Numbered from the stretch's first letter, positions 52,845 through 63,479 are shown. The stretch: DNA of 64,000 bases from Waterburya sp. (GCA_965217895.1 CBDCJV010000002.1:2560001-2624000); one strand, 5' to 3'. The notes: generated from the letters alone by a model not told the origin. Translations and numbers: made by a program.

Positions 52845-53372
52845 TTACTTTCTAATAACTCGGATGTAGTTACTATCACTGCTATAGCTACTCTCAGTGG
52901 CTGGATTAATAATAATTGTAGTCCCACCTCGGTTGTGGTTTCTTTCATAAGAATCATAATCGTGGTGATAATTATAGTCCCGTCCTCTATAATCACTTTC
53001 TCTTGTGCGATCGCTTCTATAGTCTTCATAGCGAATATAATCTCGTGATGAACCTCCTCGATCGCGATAATAGTCCCGATTATTGTAATTGCTTTGGGGA
53101 AGAGGAATATGAGTCCCAGGGGGAGGAGTTATATTTAAAGGAGTTGGCGCATCAATTTGACTACGTACCCCAACCTGAGCTATTTCAAAGCTGCCTTGAA
53201 AGTTATGAGGGTTGGCAACGGCAGAAGACTCAACGATACCCATGGCTCCTAGAGCGATCGCCATAGCACCTAAAGCCTGCTGCCAATAAAATTTATGCTG
53301 AGTTTGAACTCTTAACAGCTTTCTTAATTCATTTAAAGTCTCTTCGATCTCTAGCTGATAAACTCCTGGCAT
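52845..53372 (-). CDS. Hypothetical low-complexity exported protein, apparently fused to an IS630-like N-terminal fragment
   Basis: Signal-like ALGAMAIALGAMG..AVA preceded by MPGVYQLEIEETLNELRKLL. Confidence 0.55.
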   Translation of the reverse strand: MPGVYQLEIEETLNELRKLLRVQTQHKFYWQQALGAMAIALGAMGIVESSAVANPHNFQGSFEIAQVGVRSQIDAPTPLNITPPPGTHIPLPQSNYNNRDYYRDRGGSSRDYIRYEDYRSDRTRESDYRGRDYNYHHDYDSYERNHNRGGTTIIINPATESSYSSDSNYIRVIRK

Positions 53373-53616
53373 CTGTCATCCTCTTTGCTATACAAGATAT
53401 CTGTATCGTGTGTAGTCTTTATTTTGCGACTTGATATTAGTAATGATTGACATATTTTATTGTAATATAAAAAACGACAACAGTGGGCAAAAATAATTTA
53501 GTGTAAAAATCATTTCAAGCATAAATTTTTGTCCACCAAAATCAAATATCTGAGTTAATGTTTTAGGGGGAGAATAGTTAAAGCTCTCCCCAGCTTGGCA
53601 TAAGATTTCCCAAAAA

Positions 53617-55101
53617 TCAAAGCATCTCAAACTGTTTTCCTGTAACAGTGTCCGCATCAGAACCATTAGTGATATTGACATCATCTAAAGTTACCTGTTG
53701 ACCAAAAATATCTGTAACTAGTAGGTCTTGTGCGCCATTTAAAGGATAGTTTCCATCTAAAACAAAACGATTATCAGACTCACGATTAAGCTCTACAGTA
53801 TTATCTTGATCGGTGATAAGTTCAACACTTTCAATTGGATAGCGATGATTGTTTAATCTTACTGCTGCATAATAAGGATTACTCTGAGGGATTCCTTCTA
53901 CAACAATACCTTGACCGATACTATAGCCATAAGCAGTAACATAGTCATCAGCAGGACCAACTAGCTGATATTCGATATTAACCACACCATCAACCGGATC
54001 TGCTACTTCAGCAAATGCTTCAGCACTCATATCAAATCCATCTGCTCGTTCAACGAGATAGTCTACAACTTGAACTGTTATTGGTGCAGCACCTTCTCTT
54101 TGTTTTGGTCCTGATACTTGGAAAAAAGCACCACTGGCTTCTGAACCATTCCACTGCACGTTATTAATCGCTACGACTTTTTCTAGTTCGCTTGACACTG
54201 GCACATCATAACCAGAAGCACCTTTTCCGCCAGCAGGATTAGCTGCATCATAAAATGTAGCTCGTCCTTGATAGCTGCCGTTAAGTTCTAATTCTGGCTC
54301 AAGATTGGGATTATCATAGGTGTAAATGCTCTCGGACGTGCTAGGACTTGCAAAAGTCGATCCTTCTAGCTTAAAATTCCGTGGTTCTGATGTAACCGAA
54401 TTGTCTCCAGTAAAGCCAAAGGTTAGAGTTTCTCCCGCAGCAATTTCCCGATTCCAAGCAGCATTGCCAATTACATAAGTTCCATTTTCTTTTTGTTCGA
54501 TCTCAGCATCCCAAATGTTATCGATCGAATTAGAAAAATCGAATTCTAGAGACCAGCTATCGATGTTGCTACCAGTGGTGTTAGTAATTGATATTTGACC
54601 TTGAAAACCACTACCCCAGTCGCTAATTAGAGAAAAATCAACATCGGCGGATAGGTTGTTGTCTGTTGCTTGAACTGTATCTGAAGTTGAAGTAGTCTCT
54701 GTAGGTAAGTCTTGCGCTATGGTTTCTTCTATTGATTGAGGTGCATCAACTGAAGAACTGTTTTTATAACTAGCATCGTCATTGAAAACAAGGTTGTTGG
54801 GATTAATAATCTGTCCGTCTATTTTGCTAGCGTTAAAAACAATTTCGGTTTTTTGTTGAGAATTGATTGTTTCGTTATAGCCCAATGGTTTTAGAGTATA
54901 GCGATCGCCCTGGTGACTAACAATTTCTGCACCCCAGATTTGATTTGGTTCAATTTCTAAAGGAGATTCAAACTCTATTGTCCAGTCTTTAACTATTTTT
55001 CCCGTATTAAAAATATCAAATTTGCCTGTAAATCCTCGATCCCATTCTGTATCGACGGAAAAATCCGTTCGGATTAAATTATTTGTAGTTAAATTTTCCA
55101 T
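53617..55101 (-). CDS. Expansin-like protein (EXLX type) with two N-terminal CBM2 domains
   Basis: Two W..GF.G...I.N.....W..EF...IW.A repeats; GRATFY, VAIN..QW, V.GPK, D.S..AF, NPYY.AV...NHRYPI..VE, TDIFGQ. Confidence 0.85.
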   Translation of the reverse strand: MENLTTNNLIRTDFSVDTEWDRGFTGKFDIFNTGKIVKDWTIEFESPLEIEPNQIWGAEIVSHQGDRYTLKPLGYNETINSQQKTEIVFNASKIDGQIINPNNLVFNDDASYKNSSSVDAPQSIEETIAQDLPTETTSTSDTVQATDNNLSADVDFSLISDWGSGFQGQISITNTTGSNIDSWSLEFDFSNSIDNIWDAEIEQKENGTYVIGNAAWNREIAAGETLTFGFTGDNSVTSEPRNFKLEGSTFASPSTSESIYTYDNPNLEPELELNGSYQGRATFYDAANPAGGKGASGYDVPVSSELEKVVAINNVQWNGSEASGAFFQVSGPKQREGAAPITVQVVDYLVERADGFDMSAEAFAEVADPVDGVVNIEYQLVGPADDYVTAYGYSIGQGIVVEGIPQSNPYYAAVRLNNHRYPIESVELITDQDNTVELNRESDNRFVLDGNYPLNGAQDLLVTDIFGQQVTLDDVNITNGSDADTVTGKQFEML

Positions 55102-55463
55102 TGATTTAGCTCCTGGTCTTTATCTAAAAAGCAAATTTATAATGTATTGCTTAATAATTCCTTCATAAATCAAAAGAGACAGTGATTCAAATCAAGAAGA
55201 ACTGTGATGCTGCGGTTTGCACATCAATCTGAGACAATAAAGAAAAAAAAATATCTCGCGCCAAGAAATCAAGAGATGTCCTAATTAATGATTCGATTGC
55301 TATATTTCGTTCTCAACCAACGACCGAAATTATTAAAATTTACTTTAACTGCGTAACGTCATTTATTAAAAAAGCCATAGATGCACCTGTTAAACTTTGA
55401 CAATCTAGTTGCCAAGTATAGTGCAATCTACGACCAATATATTTCATAGTCTATTAATCAATA

Positions 55464-56123
55464 CTATTTTTGACCTGTTTGAGCTGCTACTTCGTCAGCA
55501 AAGTTAGATTCTTCTTTTTCGATTCCTTCCCCAAGAACAAAGCGCACAAAACGGCGAACCTGAATGTTTTCTCCCAATTTGGCAATGCTTTGTTTTACTA
55601 GGTCTTCAACGGTCATAGTTTGATCGCGGATATAAGGTTGAGGGAGCAAAGCTATTTCGTTTAAACGCTTATCAATTCTACCAGAAACAATTTTTTCTTT
55701 GATGTTGTCTGGCTTACCTTCTAGGTCGTCTCGACCCATTTCAATTTCTTTTTCCTTGGTAACTGTTGCTTCGGGGATATCTTCTACCCTCACAAATTCT
55801 ACGTTAGGGCAAGCCGCAATCTGCATGGCAATGTTTTTTACCAATTCTTGAAACTCTTCGCGACGAGCTACGAAATCTGTTTCGCAGTTTACCTCAACCA
55901 ACACCCCAATACGCCCACCAGTGTGAATATAGCTTTCAACTAATCCCTCTGCTGCTACTCGACCTTGTTTTTTGTCAGCAGAAATAGTTCCTTTTTGGCG
56001 CAGCCATTCTGTGGCTTTAGTCATGTCGCCATCATTTTCTGTCAAAGCTTTTTTACAATCCATCATCCCCGCGCCAGTTTTTTCGCGGAGTTCCTTGACT
56101 AATTTTGCCGATATACCTGCCAT
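55464..56123 (-). CDS. tsf: Elongation factor Ts (short cyanobacterial form)
   Basis: [28 protein letters not shown]. Confidence 0.97.
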   Translation of the reverse strand: MAGISAKLVKELREKTGAGMMDCKKALTENDGDMTKATEWLRQKGTISADKKQGRVAAEGLVESYIHTGGRIGVLVEVNCETDFVARREEFQELVKNIAMQIAACPNVEFVRVEDIPEATVTKEKEIEMGRDDLEGKPDNIKEKIVSGRIDKRLNEIALLPQPYIRDQTMTVEDLVKQSIAKLGENIQVRRFVRFVLGEGIEKEESNFADEVAAQTGQK

Positions 56124-56184
56124 ATTATTTTCGTTTTAATTTTGATTAACTTAGTGACGACAAAATAATTTTAAATTATGTTTG

Positions 56185-56208
56185 CGGGGGCTTAAAACTT
56201 TGCCCCCG
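56185..56208. other. Stem-loop in the rpsB-tsf spacer (attenuator or mRNA-stability hairpin)
   Basis: CGGGGGC-N10-GCCCCCG. Confidence 0.45.
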
Positions 56209-56235
56209 ACTTATAGTATCTGTTAAAGCAAGATT

Positions 56236-57048
56236 CTATTCTTCGCTATCGTCTCCAGACTCAGATTCAGGAACTTCTTCGGCTACTGCTTCTTCTTCAG
56301 CAGCAGGATAATCGTCCTCTTCAATGCCTTCATCTAGTTCATCATAGTCATCTTGGTTGTCTGGTTGACCATGACGACCTTCATAGATTGCATCAGCTAG
56401 CTTACCCACAATCAGCTTGATTGAACGAATAGCATCATCATTTGCCGGAATTGGTACATCAGCAACTAAAGGATCGCAATTAGTATCTAAAATAGAAACT
56501 ACAATAATGCCTAGTTTCTGACATTCGGCGATCGCATTATGTTCGCGTTTTTGATCGATAATAACTACAATATCAGGCACTTTACGCATTGATTTAATGC
56601 CACCCAGATATTTTTGCAGCTTACCCATCTCGCGACGTAGTACTGAACCTTCTTTTTTTGGTCTTTTGTCAAGCGCACCACTTTCTTCTAAATGCTCAAG
56701 TTCTTTGAGTCTTTCTACTCTGGTTTTAATGGTTTCCCAGTTGGTTAGCATACCGCCCAACCATCTTTGGTTAACGTAGAAAGCTCCACAGCGAGAGGCT
56801 TCTTGAGCAATAATTCCTGCTGCTTGGCGTTTTGTACCTACAAACAAGACTCTTCTGCCCTGCTCGGAAGAAGAACGCATATATTCATAAGCTTCTTCCA
56901 TTAACTGTGCTGTTTGCACTAGGTCGATGATATGAACACCGTTACGAGCGGTGTAAATGTACTGGGACATTCTGGGATTCCAACGACGGGTTTGGTGTCC
57001 AAAGTGAACCCCAGATTCTAAAAGTTCTGCGAGAGAAACTACTGGCAT
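56236..57048 (-). CDS. rpsB: 30S ribosomal protein S2
   Basis: [31 protein letters not shown]; real start is MPVVSL at 57048, not the 57159 ORF call. Confidence 0.97.
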   Translation of the reverse strand: MPVVSLAELLESGVHFGHQTRRWNPRMSQYIYTARNGVHIIDLVQTAQLMEEAYEYMRSSSEQGRRVLFVGTKRQAAGIIAQEASRCGAFYVNQRWLGGMLTNWETIKTRVERLKELEHLEESGALDKRPKKEGSVLRREMGKLQKYLGGIKSMRKVPDIVVIIDQKREHNAIAECQKLGIIVVSILDTNCDPLVADVPIPANDDAIRSIKLIVGKLADAIYEGRHGQPDNQDDYDELDEGIEEDDYPAAEEEAVAEEVPESESGDDSEE

Positions 57049-57065
57049 ATTATTTTTACTCCTAT

Positions 57066-57132
57066 TTCGGGTTAATCCTCCATTCAGGGACATTTTCTCG
57101 ATGGGAAAACACCCGAAATCCTGAATGTGTGA
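57066..57132 (-). promoter_or_regulatory. rpsB leader (S2 autoregulatory RNA structure)
   Basis: CACACATTCAGGA.TTTCGGGT...CCTGAATGGAGG.TTAACCCGAAA: outer stem plus CGGGT/ACCCG pairing; extended -10-like TGcTACACT at 57150-57158. Confidence 0.6.
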
Positions 57133-57219
57133 ATTTTTAAAGCCTATATAGTGTAGCACTATTAGCCATTAGGTTTTTTAAGTTTTTGGTCGGTATCTGG
57201 TCGGAAATCACTCTCTTTT

Positions 57220-57813
57220 TTAAAATAGAGAGTTGTCACCTTGATAAAAGTTCAACCTTCCTGCACCAAGATATAAACCTTGTGGCTTTGTGCCAGCGGG
57301 AAAAGCCGTTACTCCAAATAGATATGCTCCAGCAAAGTCAGGATTTTCTTTGGGCTTTAAGCCAATAGTTAGCTTGTTTCCAGGCGGAATAGCCTGCTTC
57401 AATTCTACGGTAATTGCACCAGTTGTTTCGTCCTGGGAAGTAGTCACCTCAAGCTGCTGCTGCTTATCATTATGATTTCCGAGGTAAGCTTTGGTTTTAT
57501 CCAGCCTGAATCTTATCTCATCGCTCCCTGTTCGCTGTTTGATTTCCACCTTTTGCAGCGATTCTCCTACATTCTTGGGCAATTCGAGATCGAAATAGTA
57601 AACTGCCTGTCTAATCCTAACGCCACTAAAGGTAGTATGACTATCCACTAGTAAAACAGCCGAATCAAATCCTACCGTTCCATTAGGAGATTGAGCAGCT
57701 TGAGCTTGAGGATTAATTCTATTGGTAATAGCTATAGTAACTAAGCAAGCTAATAAAAATTGCCACAAATATGCTATTTTTTTGGTTAAAATACTTGGCG
57801 GTCGCTTATACAT
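57220..57813 (-). CDS. DUF2808 family exported protein
   Basis: Signal peptide, YYF...P...GE.L..V.I.Q, NP...G.YLFGVTAFP.G. Confidence 0.8.
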   Translation of the reverse strand: MYKRPPSILTKKIAYLWQFLLACLVTIAITNRINPQAQAAQSPNGTVGFDSAVLLVDSHTTFSGVRIRQAVYYFDLELPKNVGESLQKVEIKQRTGSDEIRFRLDKTKAYLGNHNDKQQQLEVTTSQDETTGAITVELKQAIPPGNKLTIGLKPKENPDFAGAYLFGVTAFPAGTKPQGLYLGAGRLNFYQGDNSLF

Positions 57814-57987
57814 AACTTAATCATGTCAATACAAAAATTTTTAAAAATGTTAGTATAAATGCTGAGAAAAAGATATGAAAGATAGAATTTGTATTCAGTA
57901 TTGCAGGGTTTAGCCACAACGTATTGATTTAGCTCTCTTCTAATTATCGTCTCTCAGCGCAACATCTAACAAGGAGACAATCGATTT

Positions 57988-58275
57988 ATGTCAATTTATG
58001 TGGGCAATTTATCCTACGAAATTAACCAAGAAGACTTGAGTGAAGTCTTTGCAGAGTATGGAACTGTAAAACGAGTTCACATTCCCACTGACCGTGAAAC
58101 AGGACGTGTTCGCGGTTTTGCTTTTGTAGAAATGGAAGTAGAATCAGACGAAGATAAAGCTATTGAAGCTTTAGATGGTGCTGAATGGATGGAAAGAAAT
58201 CTTAAGGTCAACAAAGCAAGACCTCGTGAAAACAGAAATTCTTTTAGCGGTGGCAGCCGTAATAATCGTTTTTAA
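57988..58275 (+). CDS. RRM RNA-binding protein (Rbp family)
   Basis: RNP2 IYVGNL, RNP1 RGFAFVEM. Confidence 0.95.
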   Translation: MSIYVGNLSYEINQEDLSEVFAEYGTVKRVHIPTDRETGRVRGFAFVEMEVESDEDKAIEALDGAEWMERNLKVNKARPRENRNSFSGGSRNNRF

Positions 58276-58392
58276 GCTTTAAATTTAGCATTAGGTCTTA
58301 AGCTGAAATTTAATTACGCTTCTGGGAGAGGATTAATTCCACAGGCTTTTCCCAGAAGCGTTTTTGTTGTTTAAATGGAGATTATTATACAG

Positions 58393-58599
58393 ATGGCAAA
58401 ACGCCGTAACGCTAAGAAAGAAAAAGCTGCTCGTAATAAAATCAACGCTCGCAAGTATCGCAAGCCAACCTCTCGGTACTCTAAAAAAGGCGGCAGAAGA
58501 TGGTCTAATCAGAATAATCAAGATTCTGAGAAAAAGACTGATGAAAATAATTCTAGTCAAACTGGAGCTTCTGACATCAATTCCAGTGGAAGTCAATAG
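58393..58599 (+). CDS. Small basic hypothetical protein
   Basis: MAKRRNAKKEKAARN...ARKYRK; GGAG upstream; polar tail. Confidence 0.6.
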   Translation: MAKRRNAKKEKAARNKINARKYRKPTSRYSKKGGRRWSNQNNQDSEKKTDENNSSQTGASDINSSGSQ

Positions 58600-58646
58600 C
58601 TCTTAGTAGGTTTTAAGCTATAAGCTAGAGTTTAATTATTAAAAAC

Positions 58647-58850
58647 AGTTAGAGCAGCAAAGGCGCGTCGCGCTAACGAACTGCCTCTCTCGCACATTCC
58701 CTTGCGCCTAACAGCGAAGCGGTGAGACAGTTGCGGTGGCCGGTTTCACTGGCATAAGGAGGGCGCGTCGCCTGTGGTTTCCCAGGCGTTTATGCCGCCC
58801 GTCAAACTGTCTCACCCTTTAGGGGGTCGCTCGTCTAACTGCTCTAACTA
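58647..58850. repeat. GC-rich short-repeat cluster bounded by AGTTAGAGCAG / CTGCTCTAACT
   Basis: Inverted ends plus internal inverted pairs GTGAGACAGTT / AACTGTCTCAC and GGCATAA / TTATGCC. Confidence 0.6.
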
Positions 58851-58856
58851 CCCTCA

Positions 58857-59651
58857 ATGAGTTTTTTATTTTTATCTAAATTATTACCTTTATTTATTTA
58901 TCCCTTAGGGTTTTCCTGTCTTTTATTATTAGTATCTTTAGGGCTTTGTTTTAGGCGTTCTCGCTGGACTTTTGTTCCTGTTCTACTAGCTTTTTTAATT
59001 TTAGTTATCGCTAGTAATGTTAGATTTAGCAATAATTTGACTATATCCTTAGAAAGACAGTATCTACCCCAGGAAAATATGCCCTCGGCAGAGGCAATTG
59101 TGGTTTTGGGTGGGGCTACCAGAAACAATGAACCACCGAGGATATTGCCAGATATGAGCGATCGCGGCGATCGCCTGCTCTATGCAGTTAAACTGTATAA
59201 AGATGGAGTCGCCCCTTTGATTATTCTGACTGGAGGACGGATTCAATGGTATGGAGGCGGATCTTCTGAAGCCCAAAGTATGGCGACGATTTTAGAATTA
59301 ATGAGTATTCCTGGCGATGTGATGATCTTAGAGTCAAGGGCATTAAATACCTACGAAAACGCCGTATATACCAAGGAAATTTTAGATCGTCGAAACATCA
59401 AGAAAATTGTCTTGGTTACCTCTGCTGCCCATATGCCACGCTCTATGGGCATTTTTAAAAAACAGGGAATGAATCCCATTGCTGCACCCACAGATTTTTT
59501 AATTAGCGATCGCAATTTAATTGAGCATACATTTACTACTGAATCAAAAATACTTAGTTTTTTTCCCGATACAGAAAGTCTTGACCGCACTACTCAAGCT
59601 TTGAAAGAATATATTGGTATTGCTATTTATCGCTTAAGAGGATGGATGTAG
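58857..59651 (+). CDS. YdcF/DUF218 (ElyC-like) membrane protein
   Basis: IVVLGG, LTGG, SEA..M, NTYENA, LVTSAAHMPRS, KEYIG. Confidence 0.9.
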   Translation: MSFLFLSKLLPLFIYPLGFSCLLLLVSLGLCFRRSRWTFVPVLLAFLILVIASNVRFSNNLTISLERQYLPQENMPSAEAIVVLGGATRNNEPPRILPDMSDRGDRLLYAVKLYKDGVAPLIILTGGRIQWYGGGSSEAQSMATILELMSIPGDVMILESRALNTYENAVYTKEILDRRNIKKIVLVTSAAHMPRSMGIFKKQGMNPIAAPTDFLISDRNLIEHTFTTESKILSFFPDTESLDRTTQALKEYIGIAIYRLRGWM

Positions 59652-59695
59652 AAGTTATTGACATACTCATCTTCGTGAACAGCGGGTAGATTCTT

Positions 59696-59730
59696 AAGTA
59701 GCAAGTAGCAAGTAGCAAGTAGCAAGTAGC
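59696..59730. repeat. Heptamer tandem repeat (AAGTAGC)x5, STRR-like
   Basis: Seen directly; followed by (AACTGTCCT)x3 at ~59763-59793. Confidence 0.85.
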
Positions 59731-59824
59731 AATTAAGAATAATCTTTAGGCTAATCAAAGAAAACTGTCCTAACTGTCCTAACTGTCCTAACTGTTGAAA
59801 TGTTCAATGTTTAATGGTCAATGT

Positions 59825-60055
59825 TTAATCACTTTCCCATTCAAGTTTACCAACCAGATCGATAATGCGATCGCGTAAAAAATAGTCGTGTATTTCCAGT
59901 TCACATTCAATATCTTTCCACTGTTGGATTGGTAAATAATCGTACAAAATTCTTAGGGGCTGATCTTGGGTAATTACCCCATTCTCCATTAAACTATAGG
60001 CCTCTTCTCTGATTGTGTCTATAGAGTAGCGTTTAATTGATGTTGCAAATGCCAT
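59825..60055 (-). CDS. DUF4327 family protein
   Basis: YSI..I.EEA..L...G.....QP...L......W..IE.ELE..D..LRD.I.DL....W..D. Confidence 0.85.
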   Translation of the reverse strand: MAFATSIKRYSIDTIREEAYSLMENGVITQDQPLRILYDYLPIQQWKDIECELEIHDYFLRDRIIDLVGKLEWESD

Positions 60056-60285
60056 GAGCAATATTTCACCTCGTAATACAATTTCACTGAAAATAAAAAT
60101 AAATTGTTTTAAAGGAGTTATTAAAAAGCTAAAACATCAGTTGCTTTGTTAGCAGACAGAATTTTTGCTGACAAAACAAGTAAAAAATTTAAATTATTTG
60201 TTTTTATATAGATCAATCATAATGTTTTTGGCAACGATTGTTAGTTACTAAATGTTAAGAAAATGTCATTGTTGATACATAATCA

Positions 60286-61404
60286 TCAAGATCTCATAAA
60301 CGTTTCAATATTAGGTACGTCTACCCAACTTTGCTGTTGATAAGATTGATGAGTTAGATCCATCAACAATTGAGAATACACTCCTTCCTTTAATGAGGGA
60401 ACAAGAGATGTGCCAGAATCAATAGCTGCCACAAAGCGATCTACAACGCGAATAAAAGGAGCTAATCTACCGTCAGTAAATACCTGAGTAAAATCAAATT
60501 GCTTGGGAATAGATACCTGTTTTAAAGACTCCCCAGCAGGCGCAGCAAACAATTTAAAACCATGAACGTAATCTTTGAGGTTGCTACTGCCTAAGACTAA
60601 TGTTCCTTTTTCACCATATATTTCTACCCAGTGTCCTCTTCCTGCATAAGTAACCGAACTAATAGAAAGCTGTACGGGTGTTCCATCTGCCAACTCCAGC
60701 ATAATTAAGCAAGTATCGTCAGCATCAACGGGCTTCATTTTGCCATCTTCATGAGGATCGCGACGTTCGGGAATTGCACAGTTGAGATAGCCGCTTAGGC
60801 GAGATACTGAACCAAACAGCCAGTTAATATAGTCAAAAGCATGGGAAGCCACCGCACCTAATGCGCCACCCCCAGCCTCTTGTTGCGAATACCAATTCCA
60901 TTCCCGTTGTGGGTCAGCGCGACTAGTTACTAGCCAATCAATTTTAATCAATCTTTTCTTCCCTACATAATCATCTTGCAGATGTTCGGCTAACAGTTGC
61001 CAGGCTGGTACATAACGAAATTCAAAATCGGCGATCGCACAAACCCCTTGAGCTTCTGCTAAGTGATATAGTTCTTTAACTTGAGCAGCATTCATTGCCA
61101 TAGGTTTTTCTAGCAGGAGATGCTTTTTCGCCTCCAATACTTTCTTTGCCATTTCATAATGCAAAAATGGGGGAGTCGAGATACTCACTGCATCTACTTC
61201 TGAAAGAGCGAGAATTTTATCGAGATTGTTGTAGGCATAATAAATTTGGTTCGTGTCAGCAATTTCCTTGGCTTTATTTAAATCGCGATTATATACAGCT
61301 ACCAATTCAGTGCGGGGATGATGTCTAAATCCTGGAGTGTGTATTTTTTGTCCAAACCCCGTCCCAACCACTGCTACGCCAATCTGCTTAGATGTAGATG
61401 TCAT
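60286..61404 (-). CDS. Gfo/Idh/MocA oxidoreductase
   Basis: VVGTGFG, STPP.LH, LEKP, GGGAL...SH..D. Confidence 0.92.
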   Translation of the reverse strand: MTSTSKQIGVAVVGTGFGQKIHTPGFRHHPRTELVAVYNRDLNKAKEIADTNQIYYAYNNLDKILALSEVDAVSISTPPFLHYEMAKKVLEAKKHLLLEKPMAMNAAQVKELYHLAEAQGVCAIADFEFRYVPAWQLLAEHLQDDYVGKKRLIKIDWLVTSRADPQREWNWYSQQEAGGGALGAVASHAFDYINWLFGSVSRLSGYLNCAIPERRDPHEDGKMKPVDADDTCLIMLELADGTPVQLSISSVTYAGRGHWVEIYGEKGTLVLGSSNLKDYVHGFKLFAAPAGESLKQVSIPKQFDFTQVFTDGRLAPFIRVVDRFVAAIDSGTSLVPSLKEGVYSQLLMDLTHQSYQQQSWVDVPNIETFMRS

Positions 61405-61478
61405 ATAAAATTTCTTACTCAAAAATAACTCTACTTAAAAAATATCAAATTTTTGCCAAACTGCCGTTTACCGCCACA

Positions 61479-63422
61479 TCATTTTAAAATCCTAGTAGCA
61501 TTTAGAATTGCTAACAGTGCCACACCTACATCGGCAAACACGGCTGACCACAGAGAAGCTATTCCAATTGCTCCTAATAAAATAAACAAAGCTTTGATTG
61601 TCATTGCTAGGATGATATTCTGCCAGACAATAGAGTGAGTTTTACGACCGATATTTATTGCTTCTGCCACTTTAGAAGGGGCATCGTTCATTAACACCAC
61701 ATCGGCAGTTTCAATGGCTGCATCTGAACCTAATGCACCCATCGCCATACCTACATCGGCTCTAGCTATTACAGGTGCATCATTAATTCCGTCTCCTACA
61801 AAAGCTACCTTGTTCTTTTTACTTGACTTACGAAGATACTGCTCGATCGCTTCTACCTTATCTTCTGGTAGTAATTCGGCTTTGTAGGTATCTAAACCAA
61901 GCTTATCGGCAACACTCTTAGCTACAACTCGGTTATCTCCCGTCAGCATTACAGTTTCGGTAACTCCTGCTTTTTTAAGTCGGGCGATCGCTTCTTGAGC
62001 ATCTTCTTTAATTCTATCGGCGATTAAGATATAGCCAGCATATTTTTTATCTACTGCTAAATGAACTACCGTACCCTCGACATTGCAGGTGTCATGCTGT
62101 ATGTTTTCTCGGTGTAACAGGCGATCGTTTCCTGCTAATACTGACCTTCCCTGAACTTGGGCGCGTATGCCGTGTCCTGGGATTTCTTTGTAGTCGGTGA
62201 CATCAGAATCGGTAATTGCGCCACCGTAAGCTTCTACAATCGATCGCGCTACGGGATGATTGGATTGAGATTCTGCTAAAGCTGCTAAAGTTAGCAATTT
62301 CTTTTCACTGAAGCCGTTATAAGGAGATATTTGAGTAACTTGAAATACACCTTCGGTTAACGTTCCAGTTTTATCAAAAATAACCGTCTTGACATCGGTT
62401 AAAGCATCTAAGAAAGTCGAACCTTTGACTAAGATTCCTCTTTTTGCTGCACCACCAACTCCACCGAAGTAACCTAGGGGAATGCTAATCACTAATCCGC
62501 AGGGACAGGATATTACTAACAAGACTAACGCCCGATAAACCCATAGTTCGCTTGTTGCACCTGGAATAAATAAAGGCGGTAAGATGGCAACGGCTAAAGA
62601 TAAGAAAACCACTACAGGAGTGTAGTAACGGGCAAAGCGAGTAATAAATTGCTCTGTTGGGGCTTTTTTACTGCTAGCATTTTCTACCAAGTCCAAAATC
62701 TTAGCAATGGAAGATTCGGCAAATAGTTTGGTTACTCGAACGGTTAAACTACCCGTTTGGTTAATCGCACCTGCTAAAATCGTTTCTCCTTCTCTTACAG
62801 TTCGAGGTACAGATTCACCCGTAAGTGCCGAGGTATCCACCTGAGAATTACCCGCTAGTATCTCCCCATCTAAAGGAACTTTCTCCCCTGGCTTGATAAT
62901 GATAATATCCCCAACTTCTACTTTTTCTGGCGCAATTTCTCTAATTTCACCATTTATCTTTAGATTCGCCGTGTCGGGGCGTACTTCTAATAATGACTTA
63001 ATCGAACGACGCGATCGCCCGACCGCAAAGCCCTGAAACAGTTCCCCCACCTGGAAAAACAGCATCACAGCTACGGCTTCGGGTATTTGATGAATGGCGA
63101 TTGCACCTATAGTTGCAATAGTCATCAAGAAGTTTTCATCGAAGATTTTACCCCGCAAAATATTACGTCCCGCGCTGGTTAAAACAGTCCAGCCACTTAT
63201 CAGATATGCAGGAATTAAAACTGCGTATTCAGCGATCGCTCCAGGGGTATTGTGCAAAGGCTGGTTAAAAATTAAGCCAATCAGAAATAAAACTACGGCA
63301 ATGCTTAAAGGAATGAGTTCCTTTCGTAAGTCGGCATCATTATGAGCGTGGCTATGGTCATGACCTTTATGACTGTGGCTTTCATCGGTAGAACAGCAAC
63401 CAGAAGAATGTTGATTTGACAT
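61479..63422 (-). CDS. Zn/Cd-exporting P1B-type ATPase (ZiaA/CadA-like) with Cys/His-rich N-terminus
   Basis: TGES, SCPC, DKTGTLT, GDGIND, FADVG; N-terminal CC and H-rich segment. Confidence 0.94.
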   Translation of the reverse strand: MSNQHSSGCCSTDESHSHKGHDHSHAHNDADLRKELIPLSIAVVLFLIGLIFNQPLHNTPGAIAEYAVLIPAYLISGWTVLTSAGRNILRGKIFDENFLMTIATIGAIAIHQIPEAVAVMLFFQVGELFQGFAVGRSRRSIKSLLEVRPDTANLKINGEIREIAPEKVEVGDIIIIKPGEKVPLDGEILAGNSQVDTSALTGESVPRTVREGETILAGAINQTGSLTVRVTKLFAESSIAKILDLVENASSKKAPTEQFITRFARYYTPVVVFLSLAVAILPPLFIPGATSELWVYRALVLLVISCPCGLVISIPLGYFGGVGGAAKRGILVKGSTFLDALTDVKTVIFDKTGTLTEGVFQVTQISPYNGFSEKKLLTLAALAESQSNHPVARSIVEAYGGAITDSDVTDYKEIPGHGIRAQVQGRSVLAGNDRLLHRENIQHDTCNVEGTVVHLAVDKKYAGYILIADRIKEDAQEAIARLKKAGVTETVMLTGDNRVVAKSVADKLGLDTYKAELLPEDKVEAIEQYLRKSSKKNKVAFVGDGINDAPVIARADVGMAMGALGSDAAIETADVVLMNDAPSKVAEAINIGRKTHSIVWQNIILAMTIKALFILLGAIGIASLWSAVFADVGVALLAILNATRILK

Positions 63423-63453
63423 TATCTAAACATTTAAACAGTTTTATTATCTG

Positions 63454-63479
63454 AACAATTGAATACTTGTTCAGATAAT
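63454..63479. promoter_or_regulatory. SmtB/ZiaR-type 12-2-12 operator upstream of the ATPase
   Basis: AACAATTGAATA-CT-TGTTCAGATAAT (TGAA-N6-TTCA core) between repressor and ATPase. Confidence 0.7.
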
